Source: Nitrospirota bacterium
Lineage (GTDB): Bacteria > Nitrospirota > UBA9217
Assembly: GCA_963751455.1 (NCBI GenBank)
Contig: CAVVUN010000006.1
Span: forward strand, 96,001 to 160,000
Direction of reading: 5' to 3'
DNA: 64,000 nt
The notes under the pieces: model-generated
Database searches by the model: none
What the model saw: the letters and a program-made list of their open reading frames with translations, nothing else
Told to the model about the DNA's origin: nothing
Shown: piece after piece, positions 61,130 through 64,000 of the stretch
Numbering within the stretch: the first letter of the stretch is position 1
Layout of the letters: each line of letters starts with the position of its first letter
Translations under genes and position numbers: made by a program

Positions 61130-61440
61130 TTGTCAGCCACGCCAACAGAATGATTCCGGACAAGCCGGAATGACAAACAAGGAACGACTTCGGGACGTTG
61201 ATATTTTTAGTGTTCTCCGCTTTTCCCCGCCCCGGCAATCGATACTGCATTCCAGAGAGGCGAAATAGGATCACCGCAAATTTCGCCGGCGCCCCGGCTG
61301 CTCCTTAAAAGAAAAGCCGGCCAAAATGAATTTCTTCACTTCCGACCGGCTTCGCGCTGTCAATCACGATGAAGAGGCATCACGGGGAAGCCAATTGCGC
61401 ATACAGCTGCGCCGCTAAAACTAACCGCGTGCTCGTTCGC

Positions 61441-61626
61441 TCAGGCTACCTTGTGTTTTGTTTCCCTTGGTTTCACGCGCTTCAAATCCAATTTCCGGTC
61501 ACTCAAATATTTTCCGGCCTCTTCCCGTATTTTTTCCACGCGTTGTTCCGTGGACAAACCTTTTTCTTCCTCGGAGATCTTTTCCATGATCTCATGAATT
61601 TCCTCAAGAGCCTTGTATTTTTTCAT
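61441..61626 (-). CDS. Small hypothetical protein, possible antitoxin of the PIN gene
   Basis: Starts 4 nt after the PIN stop; charged 61 aa. Confidence 0.65.
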   Translation of the reverse strand: MKKYKALEEIHEIMEKISEEEKGLSTEQRVEKIREEAGKYLSDRKLDLKRVKPRETKHKVA

Positions 61627-61630
61627 TCCC

Positions 61631-62113
61631 TTATACCTCCTCAGGGGAACATATCTCGATGTTGTTATATCCGAGAAGTTTGTTTACGCCGTTGACCATC
61701 GTTCGCGTTTTGAGTTTCACGATATGCTCGAAGTTCCAGCTTATGATTACCTCTATTTCGTTTACTACGGCTATGGCGATGTGAAGCGCGTCGCCCCGAT
61801 ACCGCTCAGGAATAATCCCCTCACGAAGGTATCGTTCCGCCAGTTCCTCCGCTTCATTGTCTATCTCAAGGAGCAATGGGCTGACCCGCCTCAACAAGTC
61901 TTCCAGTAAAGATCTCCTGGGCTCAGGCGCCCTGCTGATTTCCCTGATCACTTCCTCGGAAATGAATACGTCATGACCGCTATTTGGAAGTTGCTCGAAG
62001 AATTTGACCGTTAGTTCTCTCTTCTCGGTTGCGTCATCCGCAAAGGCAAAATTGAACATGGTCGTGTCCAGATAATAGCGTATCCTTTTCAACCATACCT
62101 CCCGCCCGTCCAA
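61631..62113 (-). CDS. PIN-domain protein
   Basis: YLDTT, EVIREI, DALHIAIA, ISWNFEHIV. Confidence 0.88.
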   Translation of the reverse strand: MDGREVWLKRIRYYLDTTMFNFAFADDATEKRELTVKFFEQLPNSGHDVFISEEVIREISRAPEPRRSLLEDLLRRVSPLLLEIDNEAEELAERYLREGIIPERYRGDALHIAIAVVNEIEVIISWNFEHIVKLKTRTMVNGVNKLLGYNNIEICSPEEV

Positions 62114-62169
62114 TTCCGAACCGGTTCGGATAAACTGGAAATATCGCTCATAAACAGGACGTTATGATG

Positions 62170-62577
62170 TCAAAATAGCACAACAACCGGGTGAATGGCA
62201 AGGAGATTAAAATCTGGAATATTGGGGGAGCCGTGGCCCGGATTGCCTTTCCGTCTATGAGCGTCCCCGAAACATTGTATCGCAATCTGCGCGTCCGCCA
62301 TGGCATCAGGTGCTGTGTCCAGTGTTGCGACATAACTGTTCAGTGCGGCTTCCGACACCTTCTTGATGTTCTTCTTCTGTTCCAGCCCCCTGAACTTGAG
62401 ACACACGGCGGGCGCCATGTGGAACAGGTCCTTCTTCGTAAGCGTTACTCCTGCGGCGGGACCGAACGGGATCGCCTCTTCCGCGTCGAGATATGCGGCG
62501 GCGATTTCCTTCATCCATTCTGCCGGGGCCGAAGGGAGGGGCTTCGTATCCTTTTTCACACGGTTTTCCTTTATCAT
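62170..62577 (-). CDS. Hypothetical protein, probably C-terminally truncated
   Basis: ATGA overlap with the DUF2442 gene; [13 protein letters not shown]. Confidence 0.5.
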   Translation of the reverse strand: MIKENRVKKDTKPLPSAPAEWMKEIAAAYLDAEEAIPFGPAAGVTLTKKDLFHMAPAVCLKFRGLEQKKNIKKVSEAALNSYVATLDTAPDAMADAQIAIQCFGDAHRRKGNPGHGSPNIPDFNLLAIHPVVVLF

Positions 62578-62858
62578 GAATGCGACGAAGACTTCTCGGC
62601 GACGCCACGCATCGCAGCGGCTTCTATCTTCTCATACAACGTCTCCGGCGCGATATCCGCGCCGTTCGGCCATGCTATCGTTCCGCCTTCCACCGTCGCT
62701 TGTTTGAAAAAATTGATATCTCTGAGCGGTTCAAAAACCGGCCCTTTTCCGAGGTACTCGGAAAAATCCACTTTCCCCTTCAGCCCGTCATCGAAGACTA
62801 TCTCATATACATATCCGCTTTTGTAGACAATTTCCTTTACGTCGTTCATATTCCACAT
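62574..62858 (-). CDS. DUF2442-family protein
   Basis: [28 protein letters not shown]. Confidence 0.9.
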   Translation of the reverse strand: MWNMNDVKEIVYKSGYVYEIVFDDGLKGKVDFSEYLGKGPVFEPLRDINFFKQATVEGGTIAWPNGADIAPETLYEKIEAAAMRGVAEKSSSHS

Positions 62859-62866
62859 AGTTCACC

Positions 62867-63127
62867 TCATGCTAACGGAGCTATTTTCTTGAGTTCCTTT
62901 CCTTCTCTTGCCAAATCCCAGTCTTCGAGCAAATCCCTCGCGTGCAAATCAACCCACTCCCTCACAAGCCTGGTCGCAGTGGGCGAATGCAAATCGCCTT
63001 TCACAATATTGCCGCGGAAATCGAAAACAGCTTTATTCCCTTGGTACTCTGCGTGAAAGTGGGGAGGATTATGCTCATTGAAATACATTCTGATTGCGAT
63101 GCCGAAAAAAACAGATATGATGGGCAT
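62867..63127 (-). CDS. DUF4160-family protein
   Basis: MPIISVFFGI, EHNPPHFHAEY, IAPL. Confidence 0.9.
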   Translation of the reverse strand: MPIISVFFGIAIRMYFNEHNPPHFHAEYQGNKAVFDFRGNIVKGDLHSPTATRLVREWVDLHARDLLEDWDLAREGKELKKIAPLA

Positions 63128-63159
63128 AATTGAGATTTCCTCTCTCTTACAGTCGCAGG

Positions 63160-63453
63160 TCCGTAGAGGACATCCCGGTATCCGGCAATTTCCGCTTCAG
63201 TGCGGTTCGCAGGCGCGGTTTTTTCCTCCACGAGTTCCTCGATCCTTTTGATGTCGGCGGTGATTCCTTCAAGGCGGTTGGAGGATTCTGAGCTTTGAAT
63301 CATCGCCGCCCGCCTGAGGTTTTCGAGCATTTCAGGGGCCTGATTCCGGTAAAGATCCTGCTTGCCCCGGTATTCGCCGATCTGCCTGATGGCCGTAATA
63401 AGGCGATGCAGAATCGTCAAAGTCTCGATATAATTTTTCTCAAATGATTTCAT
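63160..63453 (-). pseudogene. N-terminal fragment of a Fic-family protein
   Basis: IGEYRGKQDLY, IQSSESSNRLEGI, EAEIAGYRDVL, then truncated before the Fic motif. Confidence 0.75.
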
Positions 63454-63518
63454 GGCACTCGTTCTGCTGCACCTTCGATCGGGGGGGCAGAGGTAATTTT
63501 GGTTTACCGTCCTCCGTA

Positions 63519-63920
63519 TCATTTAATGAACTGCCTTGGATTATCGGTTGAGGCAATGTTAATCCGATACTTCAAGCCCTCAAGCTCTTCAAGGTGCGCG
63601 TTCACAATCATTTTTTTTGCAGCAGGGAACAGGTCCAATTTCTTCTTGATAAGAATCCGCATATCATGAATAAGATTCTCCTCATCATCAATACCCGGAT
63701 TCAGACGCTTATATTCTTCTACAAAGCGTCGAAGGGCTTCATCGCGCTGATGCTCCGGCAAAATTGCAATATTCCAGGCTGTGCAGGCGCCGTTGAGATA
63801 GCTTTGGCAATCCTCAGTCGTATCGCCCATAGAGATATAATCAGACGCCATTTGTGTTAACATCTGGGATATTGTTAAGGCAGGGGGAATACGATGAGTC
63901 TTTTTTTTAATCTTCTTCAT
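63519..63920 (-). CDS. Hypothetical protein
   Basis: GAGGA RBS; ACTAWNIA motif. Confidence 0.7.
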   Translation of the reverse strand: MKKIKKKTHRIPPALTISQMLTQMASDYISMGDTTEDCQSYLNGACTAWNIAILPEHQRDEALRRFVEEYKRLNPGIDDEENLIHDMRILIKKKLDLFPAAKKMIVNAHLEELEGLKYRINIASTDNPRQFIK

Positions 63921-64000
63921 CCGCGATCCTCAGTATGCCTCATACGCTTTATAGGCGATTGCGAGAAATTCTCCTAACTGGTTCGCTGACAGATACCCCG

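Overview
An accessory-rich 64 kb bacterial window, probably from an anaerobic Gram-negative organism (gene content resembles Nitrospirota/Desulfobacterota; this is inference). I recognised no rRNA, tRNA or CRISPR array. The main hidden signal is selenocysteine recoding that the ORF track misses. Three genes contain in-frame TGA codons at catalytic Cys positions, each followed by a SECIS-like hairpin: (1) a MerB-like organometal lyase with TWO Sec codons, last in an ECF-sigma / CMD / FeS-protein operon; (2) a sigma54-driven tandem-rhodanese lipoprotein; (3) a peroxiredoxin-like UxxD redoxin. Other notable parts are a cysC-chrA-cysQ-sulfotransferase sulfation cluster bracketed by two kinds of repeat element, a degenerate integron-like cassette array without an integrase (interrupted by IS481 and a RAYT), several nested MITE/REP families (some inserted in frame into proteins), a tetraheme cytochrome c/NrfC/NrfD module, and a defence/toxin-antitoxin island at the right end. 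Several single-base frameshifts at homopolymers suggest long-read errors, so frameshift-based pseudogene calls are uncertain. All family calls come from motif recognition, not database searches.
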